From contig CAVTLK010000004.1 of the NCBI GenBank assembly GCA_963735595.1, forward strand, positions 192,001 to 256,000: a stretch of 64,000 nt of DNA, written 5' to 3'. A program made the position numbers and the translations under genes. The notes below the pieces were generated by a model. That model had not been told where the DNA came from. It saw nothing but the letters and a program-made list of their open reading frames with translations, and did no database searches. Positions 1 through 10,464 of this stretch are shown in pieces; within the stretch, counting starts at the first letter, position 1, and every line of letters begins with the position of its first letter. The stretch is from an uncultured delta proteobacterium (GTDB lineage: Bacteria > Desulfobacterota > Zymogenia > Zymogenales > Zymogenaceae).

Positions 1-92
1 TCTATACGGTCGTGGATCGAGGACAATAACGGAACACAGGGCGGCGGCAAAGGCCCTCATACTAGGCCGGAAGGCCCAATAAGAGGCAGGTA

Positions 93-654
93 ATGAAGGC
101 CGTCTTCGGTCTGGGGAACCCGGGAACGGGATACGAAAAGACGCGGCACAACATCGGACGCATGGTTGTCGCGTCGTGGGCGGGTAAAGCCGGTATCAAG
201 ATCGCGGGGAGGCGCTTCGAGGCCCGTACTGGCGTCGGAGAAATAGAAGGCCGGCAGGTCATCACGGCGCTCCCGCAGACGTACATGAACCTCTCGGGGC
301 GGTCCGTAGCCCGGGTGGCGTCGTATTACCGCCTCGATCCGGGCGATATCATTGTCGTCTACGACGACATGGACCTCGAGGTGGGCAGGATTCGGATCAG
401 GCCGCGCGGAAGCGACGGCGGGCACCGGGGAATCCGGTCGATTATAGAGGAGCTGGGGTCACCGGAGTTTACCCGGCTTAGGATTGGGATCGGCAGGCCC
501 CCGGAAGACGACGATACGGTTGATTTCGTGCTGACGCCGTTTTCGGCGGAAGAACGCGAGACCATAGAAGAGACGATACAGAGGGCTAGAGACGGCCCTC
601 ACGGTGATACTGACCGATGGTGTTGAGTTTGCTATGAACGAATTCAACAGGTAG
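93..654 (+). CDS. pth: Peptidyl-tRNA hydrolase (one indel near 595)
   Basis: Motifs GLGNPG, TRHNIG, PQTYMNLSG, DGGHRG, RLRIGIGRP. The natural C-terminus (...GVEFAMNEFNR*) lies in another frame, ending TAG 652-654. Confidence 0.95.
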
Positions 655-684
655 TTGCTTCACGGTTCTATTCAGGAGGTTCGT

Positions 685-2776
685 ATGAGTACACGTTACT
701 GTATCTAGTGCCGATTATCGGATTTATCGGGCTTCTGATCGCCCTGTTTATCTACCTCTTCATCAAGAAGCAGGATGACGGCACCGAGCTGATGCGGGAT
801 TTGGCGCAACAGATCCATGACGGCGCCATGGTTTTCTTAAAGCGGGAATACTCCATCCTGGCGCTATTCCTGGCTGCGGTGGCCGCTTCTTTTGGGAATA
901 TTCGTTGATCAAACCTGGATGACCACGGTCTGCTACGTCTCGGGTGCGCTCTGTTCGATGCTGGCCGGGTTCTTCGGCATGAAGGCCGCCACCCGGGCCA
1001 ACGTTCGGACGTCCCAGGCGGCCGCGAAATCAGGCATGGAAAAGGCGCTTACCGTTTCGTTTATGGGCGGTGTGGTCATGGGCCTTTCAGTGGCAAGCCT
1101 CGGCCTCGTGGGCGTGGGAATTTACTTCCTCATCTTCGGCGGTGATCCGACAACCGCCAAAGTACATCAACGGTTTTGCGATGGGCGCCAGCTCCATCGC
1201 GCTGTTTGCGCGCGTGGGCGGCGGCATCTTCACCAAGAGCGCGGACGTCGGCGCGGACCTCGTCGGCAAGGTTGAGGCGGGCATCCCCGAGGATGACCCC
1301 CGTAACCCCGGCGTCATCGCCGATAACGTGGGCGACAACGTGGGCGACATCGCCGGCATGGGCGCGGATATCTTCGAGTCCTACGTGGGCGCGATTATTG
1401 CATCCATCGCCATTGCCGCCACGGCGACAATCCCCACCCTCGATTACGCTATCAAGGGTACGACAATAACCGATCTCAACGCGGATATATGGCGCCTCAA
1501 GCTTATGACCCTTCCGCTCGTGGTCGTGGCCTTCGGCCTGATCTGCTCGCTCTTCGGAATCTGGTCGATCAAGGTCTTCAGGAAGATCGGTCCCGCCGCG
1601 ACCCTCAGGTATTCGACGATCCTTGCGGCGGCCCTCTTTCTGGTCGGGTAACTACTTTATCTGCGCCAGCTTTGAAAGCGTCCCGACTTTCGTGGCGATC
1701 CTTGCCGGGACCATTGCCGGTATCCTCATCGGCCTGGTAACGGAGTGGTATACGTCCGCAAACGACTGGTTTACAAAGGACGTCCCGGTCAGGAGGATTG
1801 CCGAGGCGTCCCAGACCGGCCCCGCGACCAACATCATCAGCGGACTGGCCATCGGCATGGAATCGACGATCATACCGGTGCTCATCATCTGTGCCGGTAC
1901 ATTGGTGGCCTATAAGTTCGCGGGCATCTACGGAATCGGCATCTCGGCTGTCGGTATGCTGGGAACGGTCGGCATCACCATGAGCGTGGACGCGTATGGC
2001 CCCTCGGCCGATAACTGCCGGCGGCATCACGGAAATGGCGGGCCTGGGCAAGAACGTCAGGAAGATCACCGACAGCCTGGACGCCCTCGGCAACACGACG
2101 GCGGCCCTCGGCAAGGGATTTGCCATCGGATCGGCGGCCCTCACGGCCCTGGCCCTCTTCTCGGCCTATACCCAGGCGGTGAAGATTCCGATGATCGACC
2201 TCCTCAACCCGCTTGTGATTGTCGGGCTCTTCGTCGGTGCGGTTATCCCGTTCTTTATCGCCTCCCGGACGATGACCGCGGTCGGCAAGGCCGCCTTCCA
2301 CATGGTGGAGGAAATCCGGCGCCAGTTCCGCGAGATCCCGGGCATCATGCAAGGCAAGGGGAAACCCGAGTCCGTCAAGTGCGTGGATATCGCCACCAAG
2401 GCGTCCCTCAAGTATATGATCGTCCCCGGTCTTTCCGCAGTTGTCCTGCCCCCGCTGGTAGGTATTGATCCTCGGTAAGGACGCCCTCGGCGGCATGCTC
2501 TGCGGCGCCACGGCCACCGGCGTTCTGATGGCGCTGTTCATGGCAAACGGCGGAGCCGCGTGGGACAACGCCAAGAAGTATATCGAAGAAGGCAACTACG
2601 GCGGCAAGGGCTCCGATCCCCACAAGGCGGCAGTCGTGGGCGATACCGTAGGCGATCCCTTCAAGGATACCTCCGGCCCCGCGATGAACATCCTCATCAA
2701 GCTGATGAGCGTGGTATCGCTGGTTATCGCACCGATGTTGATCAGGACGGAAGGGCTGCTGTCTCGATTCTTCTAA
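685..2776 (+). CDS. hppA: Membrane-bound K+-stimulated, probably Na+-translocating pyrophosphatase (several indels)
   Basis: GGAGGT RBS before ATG 685. Motifs [32 protein letters not shown] and [14 protein letters not shown] are spread over ORFs 708, 892, 1070, 1623, 1996 and 2465. Confidence 0.95.
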
Positions 2777-2797
2777 ACAGCCGCGCATCGAATTATC

Positions 2798-2826
2798 AGG
2801 GGGGCACTCAATGCCCCCCTTTTTTT
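2798..2826 (+). terminator. Rho-independent terminator after hppA
   Basis: AGGGGGGCA-CTCAA-TGCCCCCCT hairpin followed by a T run. Confidence 0.8.
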
Positions 2827-2943
2827 CGCACCGATACCGTCACTTCGCTTGACAAGAGGCGGCCGACATGGGGTACAAAATGAGGGACGTCCGATACCGG
2901 CTTAGTATTTACGTTGCCCGATATACCTTCAGGGAGAACCGAT

Positions 2944-3952
2944 ATGCCACCCGAAAAAGACCCCGGAAAAGCCTATTCGAACAACTCTCCGACCGTATCA
3001 TGACCACCGGCTCGAAGATTATCCCGGAGCTCTTCCGCTTCATCGCCACCGATGACGACGCCAAGCTGATGCTCGCTACCCCCGGGACCGTCGATGAGCT
3101 TGCCGAAAAGACCGGGGAGAAAGAATGACGAGGTGCAGAAGAAGCTCGACGAGCTCTTCCACAAGGGGCTCATGTTCAAGGCCAGAAAAGGCGACGTGAC
3201 GACGTATAAGATGTGTAAGGATATCGTCCAGTTCCACGACGCGACTATCCTCTGGCCGGAGGCGCCCAAAGAGTACCACCGGCTCTGGAAGAAGTACATG
3301 GACGTGGAGTGGTTCGACTACGCCCGGGTCATCGAGAAAGTTCGTGAAGGACCCGTTTACCCGGGTCGTGCCGATCGGCCAGTCCATTAAGGCCGAGGGT
3401 CAGATCCAAACGGTCGATGACGTCATGCAGATCATCGACCAGACCAACCGGGTGGCGGTCACCGACTGCACATGCCGGACGATCGACGGCAGGTGCGGGC
3501 ACGAATTGAAGGTCTGCGTGCAGGTGGGCAGGTCCGCTGAATACGCCATCGAGCGGGGGACGGGAACCGAGCTCACCAAGGACGAGGCCAAGAAGCTCAT
3601 CACCCGGTGCGACGAGGCGGGGCTGGTCCACGTGATCATGAACAGCTCCACGCGCCAGAACTTCATCTGTAACTGTTGCAGCGACTGCTGCCAGACGATG
3701 CCGGTCTTCGTCAAGGCCGGGGTCAAGATCCTTGCGCCCGAGCCGCTTTGCGGCCGATGGTCGACGCGGACACGTGCACCGGCTGCGAGGCCTGTGTCGA
3801 TCGCTGTTTCTTCGAGGCGCTGTCCATGGATGACGGGACGGCCATCGTGAACGGCAGAAAAATGCATGGGGTGCGGCGTCTGCGCGCCGGTCTGCCCGGC
3901 CGAGGCGATTTCGCTTATCGAGGTGCGGGCAAAAGAGACGATCCCGGCATAG
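2944..3952 (+). CDS. 4Fe-4S dicluster domain protein (indels)
   Basis: Motifs DCTCR, FICNCCSDCC, CTGCEACVDRC and a second CxGCGVC...C, spread over ORFs 2868, 3094, 3344 and 3676. GGAG precedes ATG 2944. Confidence 0.8.
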
Positions 3953-4247
3953 CAGTCCCGGTAGACTCGTAAGCGGCGTCGTCCGGCAGGGAAATAAATG
4001 AACGCGACGGGGTATCCACCGGGATGCCCCGTTACTATATTCGGGCGGATATCGGGAACCGGCGGTTCGTAGTCGCCTTTTAGCGTTACGTATTGCCCGA
4101 TAGCAGGACACGCACCGGCGCCCGGGCGGAAAACTCGAAAAAGCGCCCGGAAATGGGAGATACGGAGACCCGGTCGCTGTTTTGTTGCGCCGGGCGGGGC
4201 TTTTCTGTTATAGTGAGGGCCGGGTTATTTACCGGGAGGAATCCGAT

Positions 4248-5838
4248 ATGCGGGGCTCATTCTGCCTGGTGCTCCATTCCCACATCCCCTACTGCAAGAA
4301 ATCCGGCGTCTGGCCGGCGGGTGAAGAGTGGCTCTTTGAGGCGATGAACGAGTGCTACATCCCGCTGTTGATCGCGCTCCGGCGGCTCGTCCTGGAAGGC
4401 GTCCGGCCCGGCGTAACCGTCGGGGTGGTGCCGATCCTGGCCGAGCAGCTCTCAGACGGCTACATGAAGGCGCGCTTCCTCGAGTATATGGGCGACAAGA
4501 TCGTGCGGGCGCAGTACGACCTGCGAGCGCTTCGAGGACGACCCGGCCCGACGGCGCGTCGCCGAATACTGGCTCTCGGTCTTCGAGGGCAACGTCCGGG
4601 CCTACGTCAAAGACTTCCACCAGGATATCCTCGGGACGCTCACGTGGCTCCAGGACGAGCGGGCCGTCGAGGTGATCACGTCCGCCGCGACGCACGGATT
4701 CCTGCCCCTGATGGCGCGCGACAGCGCGGTCTACGCGCAGGTCAAGATCGGGGTGGAGACCTACGAGCGGCATCTTGGGAAAAGGCCGCGGGGATTCTGG
4801 CTGCCTGAGTGCGCGTACCGGCCCGCCGAGGAGGAACGCGGGGTGCAGCGGCGGGCCATCGACGAGTGGCTCTCCGATTTCGGGATCGAGTGGTTCATCG
4901 TGGAGGGCGGCGGGATCGAATCGGCCGCCGTCATCGAGGACAGGACCGGATGCGGCGCCCCGACGACCGACCGGGGGTATCGGCTGGGCTCGGGCGTGGG
5001 CGTCTTCGGGAGAAACGGCGCGACGGGGCGGCAGGTCTGGTCGGCGGCGGTGGGCTACCCCTCGCACCCGGAATACCTCGAGTTCCACTGGCAGGAGCCG
5101 GAGACGGGCCTGCGCTACCATAGGGTGACGGGAAAGGAGACGAAAGAGATTTACGATCCCGAAAAGGCGGCCCGGCGCGTCAGGAAGGACGCGGCCCACT
5201 TCGTGAGGCTGCTTTCAGCCGAGGTCAAGCGGGCCGGTGCCGCGGGCGTTGAGTCGCCGGTTATCATATCGCCCTACGACACGGAGCTCTTCGGCCACTG
5301 GTGGCACGAGGGGCCGGCGTTTATCGAGGAGGTAGCCCGAGCCCTGGCGAAAAAGCGGGATGTATCTCCCGCACGGCTCGGGGACTTCGCCGATGCCCAC
5401 CGGGACGGCTTCCCGACCATCGAGATGGGGCGGACCAGCTGGGGGGAAAACGGGGACTTTACGGTCTGGCAGAACCCGGAGCACGGCTGGATATGGCCGC
5501 TCATCAACGACTGCTGCCGGAAGATGGAAGAGGTGCTGGAGGGGATCAATTCCGCCGGCTACACGCCGGACGTGCGGGGAGCGCGCATCCTCAAGCAGAT
5601 GGCGCGCGAATTGCTGCTGATGCAGGGCAGCGACTGGCCCTTTTTGCTCTATACCGAGCAGGCGCGCGAATATGCCAACCAGCGGTTCCATCACCACCAC
5701 CAGCGGTTCCTGAAGCTCTTGTGGGGGGCACGGGACCTGGAAGACCACAACCGGGTGTCGGATAAGGACCTTGCCGAGATGGAGGCGATCGACGGGGTGT
5801 GGGGGGAGATAGAGTACCGGGATTTTATGGATAAATAA
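4248..5838 (+). CDS. GH57 1,4-alpha-glucan branching enzyme (DUF1957 type; indel near 4530-4560)
   Basis: Motifs LHSHIPY, TSAATHGFLP, GFWLPECAY (nucleophile Glu), PYDTELFGHWW (acid/base Asp) and QGSDWPF. Confidence 0.9.
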
Positions 5839-5852
5839 GATTAAAGGTTGAA

Positions 5853-5872
5853 GGGCACGACATGTCGTGCCC
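5853..5872. repeat. Perfect palindrome, REP-like or terminator
   Basis: GGGCACGACATGTCGTGCCC lies between convergent genes. Confidence 0.6.
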
Positions 5873-5914
5873 CCGTACGTATCAGATATCGCGTGAAGCG
5901 GGAGGGCTCCCGCC

Positions 5915-6190
5915 CTACTTCCTCCTGCCAAATAGTAAACTCAGCGGCAGCGAAAAGACCACCGCCCCGATGATCGACCAGATGATCGGGAACTGCGCGT
6001 TGCCGAGATGTATGTTGAAAAGCTCCGGAAGGCCGAGCCTCCGGGCGATCCAGGTGCCGACGATGGCCCCGATGAAGCCCACCGCCGTCGAGACGAGGCA
6101 TCCCTTGTTGTTGAAGCCGGTCAGCGCCATGCCCACCGAGCCGCAGATGGCGGCGATGATCAACAGGACGATAAATTCGATAATCCCCAT
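5915..6190 (-). CDS. GlsB/YeaQ/YmgE-family small membrane protein
   Basis: Short hydrophobic protein with VGFIGAIVGTWI and WSIIGAVV patterns. Confidence 0.75.
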   Translation of the reverse strand: MGIIEFIVLLIIAAICGSVGMALTGFNNKGCLVSTAVGFIGAIVGTWIARRLGLPELFNIHLGNAQFPIIWSIIGAVVFSLPLSLLFGRRK

Positions 6191-6305
6191 ACCAGTCCTC
6201 ATAAATGAGTGAATACGTAACGAAAATTATAACACAGGCATACGGTCCCGCTCACAAAAAAATTGCCGTCCGGGCCGTATTTTGCTATAAGAGGATATCG
6301 ATGAT

Positions 6306-7540
6306 ATGGAGGATGCGGTGAAAGAAAAGGACAATCCGAAATGGAAGATGGATACCCGGTGCGTCCACGCGGGCGAGGGCACGGACCCACAGACCAAGGC
6401 GGTCCGGCGGCCCATCCACATGGCCAACTCCTACGAGCTTGCCCACGGACGTGGAGGAGCTGGTAAAGACGCTATCGTGGGATCACCTGGATAAATTCGC
6501 CTACACCCGGGAGCACAACCCCACGGCCCGCCACCTCGAGGAGCGCCTTGCCGAGCTGGAGGGCGGGGAGGACTGCGTCGTGTCGGCAAGCGGCATGGGG
6601 GCGATCGCCGCGACGCTCTTTGCGCTCTTGAACGCGGGCGACCATATCGTCTGCTCGGAGATCTGCTACACCGGCACCCAGAAAGCTCGTATCGGCCCAC
6701 TTTCCCCGCTTCGGGGTCGAGGCCACGATGGTCGATACGTCCGACCTTGCCGAGGTCACGGCGGCTATCAAGCCCAATACGAAGGTCGTCTTCGTGGAGA
6801 CGCCGGGAAACCCGATCGTGGTCATCTCGGACATCGCGGCGATTGCCGCGCTCGCCCATAAGGCCGGCGCGCTGCTGGTGGTGGACTCCACCTGGTCGGG
6901 CCTGACCACGCAGAGCCCGCTAAAACTTGGGGCCGACCTCGTCATCCACAGCACCACGAAATATATCAACGGCCACGGGGATACGCTGGGCGGGGCGGTG
7001 ATCGGCCCACGGGCCGTCCTCACGGAGATCCGGGAGCGGGGCATCGTCCACCTCGGGGCATGCATATCGCCGTTCAACGCGTGGCTGATACAGCGCGGCT
7101 CGGTGACGCTGCCGATCAGGATGGCGCGGCACTCGGAGAACGGGCAGAAGGTCGCCGAGTTTCTCGAAGTCCCACCCGAAGGTTAACGGTCGGTGCGCTA
7201 CCCCGGCCTGAAATCCTTTCCCGAGCACGCGCTGGCCGCCCGGCAGATGAGCGCCCCCTCGGGGATGATGACGTTTAACCTCAAGGCCGAGCTGATGGAG
7301 CACTTCGCCTTCATCGAGCGGTTGAAACTCATCACCCACGCGGTATCCCTCGGCCACGACCAGAGCCTGATCTTCTACCTGCCGACGGTCTTTTTCTTTT
7401 CGGACATGGTGGTGATGAACGACGCCCAGAAGGAGAAGTACACGAAACTGATGGGCGACGGGATATTCCGGTTTTCGGTGGGCATAGAGGACGCCGACGA
7501 CATAATCGCGGACCTGGACCAGGCGCTAGCCGGGGTGTAA
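6306..7540 (+). CDS. PLP-dependent Cys/Met metabolism enzyme (cystathionine gamma-synthase / methionine gamma-lyase family; indels)
   Basis: Motifs YTREHNPT, SGMGAI, ETPGNP, HSTTKYINGHGD (PLP lysine), AVSLG and RFSVGIED. Confidence 0.9.
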
Positions 7541-7592
7541 AGGGGCGGACGGGCCGACGACCGTTATATTTTACGTCGAAAGAGGCTATTGC

Positions 7593-8612
7593 TCATGAAT
7601 CAAGATGGACTTTTAGTTCGTCAGCATATTTATAAGAAATTTGTTCGTGGTTCTTTGTCTTTATATATGCTGTTTCTTCATGGGATATCTTCGAAATCTC
7701 GGATGCGTTTTTGCTTTTGAAATGCCTATAGACGGCATCCATTATTGTAAGATTACTTTCCTCAAGTAAATCAGTAAGAGTCTCGACTTTCGATTTCAAT
7801 AATTCACCAACGAATCCATTGGGATAATGCTCTTCTTCTATTTCCAGAAGGTCGGTAGTAACTAAATTATGTAAGTATACTTCATAGTTGTCTGGAACCG
7901 GACCATAAGGGAGACGGACGTATCTTGCTCCCGAAATCGAGACTGTGTGATAACGGTAATGTAAAAAATCGGAATACCACAACAATTTGTTAAGTTTCGT
8001 TTTAATAACTCCACCATTTTTCGAACAAAAGAAAATCACCATTTCTTTAATAGTCTCAGGCGAAAACGATTTGAAACCATTAAGGATGTTTGGTATATCT
8101 TCACATATAGGAAATTCGATACATCTTTTATCCTCTAGTGCCTCTTCTTTGACCAATTCTTTTAGTCGGTTCTCCAAGTTTAATTGGATTCTCGGAATTA
8201 GTTTTGCCCTATTCTGTTCGTAAATCCTAATCATATTGACGGGATCATCAATAAGTTTAAGAACTTGATTATGCGCGTCATCAGGAATGCTTCCATTTTC
8301 GTATCTATGTAAAGTTACCTCGCCCCATCCGAGAAGAGATCCTAAACTTCTTTGGCTAAGGCCATACTTATTTCGCAGCTTGACGATCTCTTCCGTTAGA
8401 ATAATCTTGTGCCTTTGTCGATAGACATCGAATGCGTTCGTAAGGTTCTCCCCGTCAAGCTCTCGGTCATAAATGTCACTACCGCAAGAATCACAGATTC
8501 TTACTTTTGATGCTATGGCGACATTCTCTCCCTTCACGGGGAAGACTTCATCTCTTTCCTCGATGCGGGTATTAACAGCATGACCGCATTTTGAACAAAA
8601 TATTTTTTTCAT
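7593..8612 (-). CDS. Antitoxin with MqsA-like Zn finger, Xre HTH and Panacea (DUF4065/SocA) domain
   Basis: CSKC and CDSC pairs; LRNKYGLSQRSLGSLLGWGEVTLHRYENG HTH; KLNKLLWYSDF, RLPYGPVP and ISKISH Panacea motifs. Confidence 0.9.
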   Translation of the reverse strand: MKKIFCSKCGHAVNTRIEERDEVFPVKGENVAIASKVRICDSCGSDIYDRELDGENLTNAFDVYRQRHKIILTEEIVKLRNKYGLSQRSLGSLLGWGEVTLHRYENGSIPDDAHNQVLKLIDDPVNMIRIYEQNRAKLIPRIQLNLENRLKELVKEEALEDKRCIEFPICEDIPNILNGFKSFSPETIKEMVIFFCSKNGGVIKTKLNKLLWYSDFLHYRYHTVSISGARYVRLPYGPVPDNYEVYLHNLVTTDLLEIEEEHYPNGFVGELLKSKVETLTDLLEESNLTIMDAVYRHFKSKNASEISKISHEETAYIKTKNHEQISYKYADELKVHLDS

Positions 8613-8622
8613 TTTTTTCTCG

Positions 8623-8946
8623 TCAAACAGATTTCCTGGGATGAAAAGAAATACATTTCGATCCATAGGAATCTAGTTTTAGTTTGATATAGATTTGCTT
8701 TCCTGAATATTTCTTTATAAAAGCCCAAATTTCACCGCTGGTTCCGTCGTGATCTAACTCCGGACCTTTGCTAAATTCCCGATCGGTCAATGAAAGTATT
8801 AATCGTTCCGCATCGGGTATGGATAAGCCGAGCTCAGCCAGACAGTTAAGATTGTCTTTTCGATGGACAAAAGTCAGTCCGTTAATTGACATTTCTTTTT
8901 TGAAATCTTTAAGAAATCGGATTATTTCTGCTTTGGTAGTCGGCAT
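8623..8946 (-). CDS. MqsR-like type II toxin (putative mRNA interferase)
   Basis: 107 aa with GPELDHD, EIWAF, IYIKLK and CISFH; directly upstream of the antitoxin. Confidence 0.8.
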   Translation of the reverse strand: MPTTKAEIIRFLKDFKKEMSINGLTFVHRKDNLNCLAELGLSIPDAERLILSLTDREFSKGPELDHDGTSGEIWAFIKKYSGKQIYIKLKLDSYGSKCISFHPRKSV

Positions 8947-8955
8947 CTAGAATTA

Positions 8956-8983
8956 ATGTTATCATATGATAGCAATTTGTCAA
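8956..8983 (-). promoter_or_regulatory. Sigma70-type promoter with overlapping palindromic operator for the TA operon
   Basis: Minus strand TTGACA-16 bp-TAACAT; near-perfect palindrome TGTTATCATATGATAGCA at 8957-8974. Confidence 0.7.
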
Positions 8984-9046
8984 GAGGAAAATGAATATTA
9001 TGAGGCGTAGAACGAATTCTTGATCGCTTAAACGTCTAGTCAGATA

Positions 9047-9697
9047 CTATCTTTCCCTGCGCTCCCTCAGCCACCCGACCAGCGGCGGGAGCCAGCAGAG
9101 GTTGGCGGCGATGGTCTCAAGGGCCGTGAAGACCTGGGTCGTGGGGGAAAAGCCGGCGATGCGCGCCCCCAGGAGGCCGACCGGGACCAGCAGGATCACG
9201 AGGAGCCCCGTCACCATCACGGGATGGTGAAAATAGGCGCTGAGCGCCGCCGAGAGCCGCCCTTCCCTCCGGTAGAGGAATGCGAACCCGGACGCGTTGC
9301 CGCCGATCTGGTCGGACAGTGCGTAGAAAAATGGGATATAGAAGCCCTCTATCCCATTGACGTCCACCCCCGCCAGCCGGCTCACTCCGTCTACGATCCA
9401 CGGAATCGCCATTCCGGCAAGCTTCCCCCGCCCGTAGGCCTGGGCCATCGAACCGACGGCACCCGCGATCCGCTTTTTGAGGGCAAACAGCCCCTCAAGG
9501 ATGCTCTCGCCCTCGCCGGCAAGAGTCCGCACTACGGCCTGGCCAAGCCCGCTGGTCGAGAGCCCGAGGAAATCCAGCACCGCGCCCGCGATAAGTCCCC
9601 CGGCAAACCCCGCGCCGGTGTACTTGACCAGCTCGCCGAACTCCTCCGACTCGCCGGGCGCGTCGGTATTTCGCTCTCTTTCTTCTTCCACTGCCAT
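9047..9697 (-). CDS. Hypothetical membrane protein
   Basis: Intact 216 aa ORF with several hydrophobic segments and a purine-rich RBS. Confidence 0.75.
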   Translation of the reverse strand: MAVEEERERNTDAPGESEEFGELVKYTGAGFAGGLIAGAVLDFLGLSTSGLGQAVVRTLAGEGESILEGLFALKKRIAGAVGSMAQAYGRGKLAGMAIPWIVDGVSRLAGVDVNGIEGFYIPFFYALSDQIGGNASGFAFLYRREGRLSAALSAYFHHPVMVTGLLVILLVPVGLLGARIAGFSPTTQVFTALETIAANLCWLPPLVGWLRERRER

Positions 9698-9720
9698 GTT
9701 GGTTCCCCCTACCTGACTCT

Positions 9721-10281
9721 TTACTCTGTCCGGGCGGCCGTCGTCACACGCTTTCCCGCCTTCGAGAAGGTATGGGTCCGTTTGCCGCTGCCTTCCAGAC
9801 GAAAGAGCCCGGACCGCGTGATTCCCTCGACGAGCCGCTGTCCCTTTATATGGTGATCGGATGCCGAGAGGACGCCGCCGTCCTTCAGCACGCGGTGAAG
9901 CTCGGCAAGGATGGCGTCGGGGTCTTTGAAGAAATGGAAGATGTCGTACAGGAGCACCACGTCAACGGTCTTATCGGCAAGTCCTGTCTCACGGCCGGAG
10001 GTGATGGGCTCGATAGTGGCCAGGCCGCATTTTTCGGCCTTCCGCTTCACGGTTCGGGCGGCAAGCGGCTGGATATCCAGCGCGTATACCCTCCCCTTTT
10101 TGCCGACCAGGGACGCCGCGGCGATAGAAAACCCCCCCGGCCCGCACCCGAAATCGAGCACGGTATCGCCGGACCTGACGCCGGCCTCCGCGAGTGCGTC
10201 GGCCGGGTGCGATCCCCTGTACCGGAACCAGAGAAAAGCCGACATCATCCGAAAGGCAAGCGAATTCATCGGTCTATCCAT
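9721..10281 (-). CDS. Class I SAM-dependent methyltransferase
   Basis: Motifs [15 protein letters not shown] and [18 protein letters not shown]. Confidence 0.9.
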   Translation of the reverse strand: MDRPMNSLAFRMMSAFLWFRYRGSHPADALAEAGVRSGDTVLDFGCGPGGFSIAAASLVGKKGRVYALDIQPLAARTVKRKAEKCGLATIEPITSGRETGLADKTVDVVLLYDIFHFFKDPDAILAELHRVLKDGGVLSASDHHIKGQRLVEGITRSGLFRLEGSGKRTHTFSKAGKRVTTAARTE

Positions 10282-10464
10282 GAGCCTCCCCTTTTTAGTA
10301 TACAGACGAACGGATCGGGGAATTATTGCATCCACCGCCGGGCCCGGTCCGGTAACACCGGTATGGATTGGGTATATCCCGGCGGACGGCCGGGCCGGCC
10401 GGATTAGTTATGAGTCGGGTGATTTTCTCGTCCGGGAAGATCGGGATCGGCGCTTTGCCGAATC

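Noticed and set aside
1..93. 3' end of an upstream gene (TAA overlapping the pth ATG), possibly rplY
   Set aside because: The 30 visible codons do not resemble L25 or any family I recognise, so no product can be assigned.
7560..9045. Prophage or IS as carrier of the TA pair
   Set aside because: No integrase, transposase, terminal inverted repeats or clear att/target duplications were visible.
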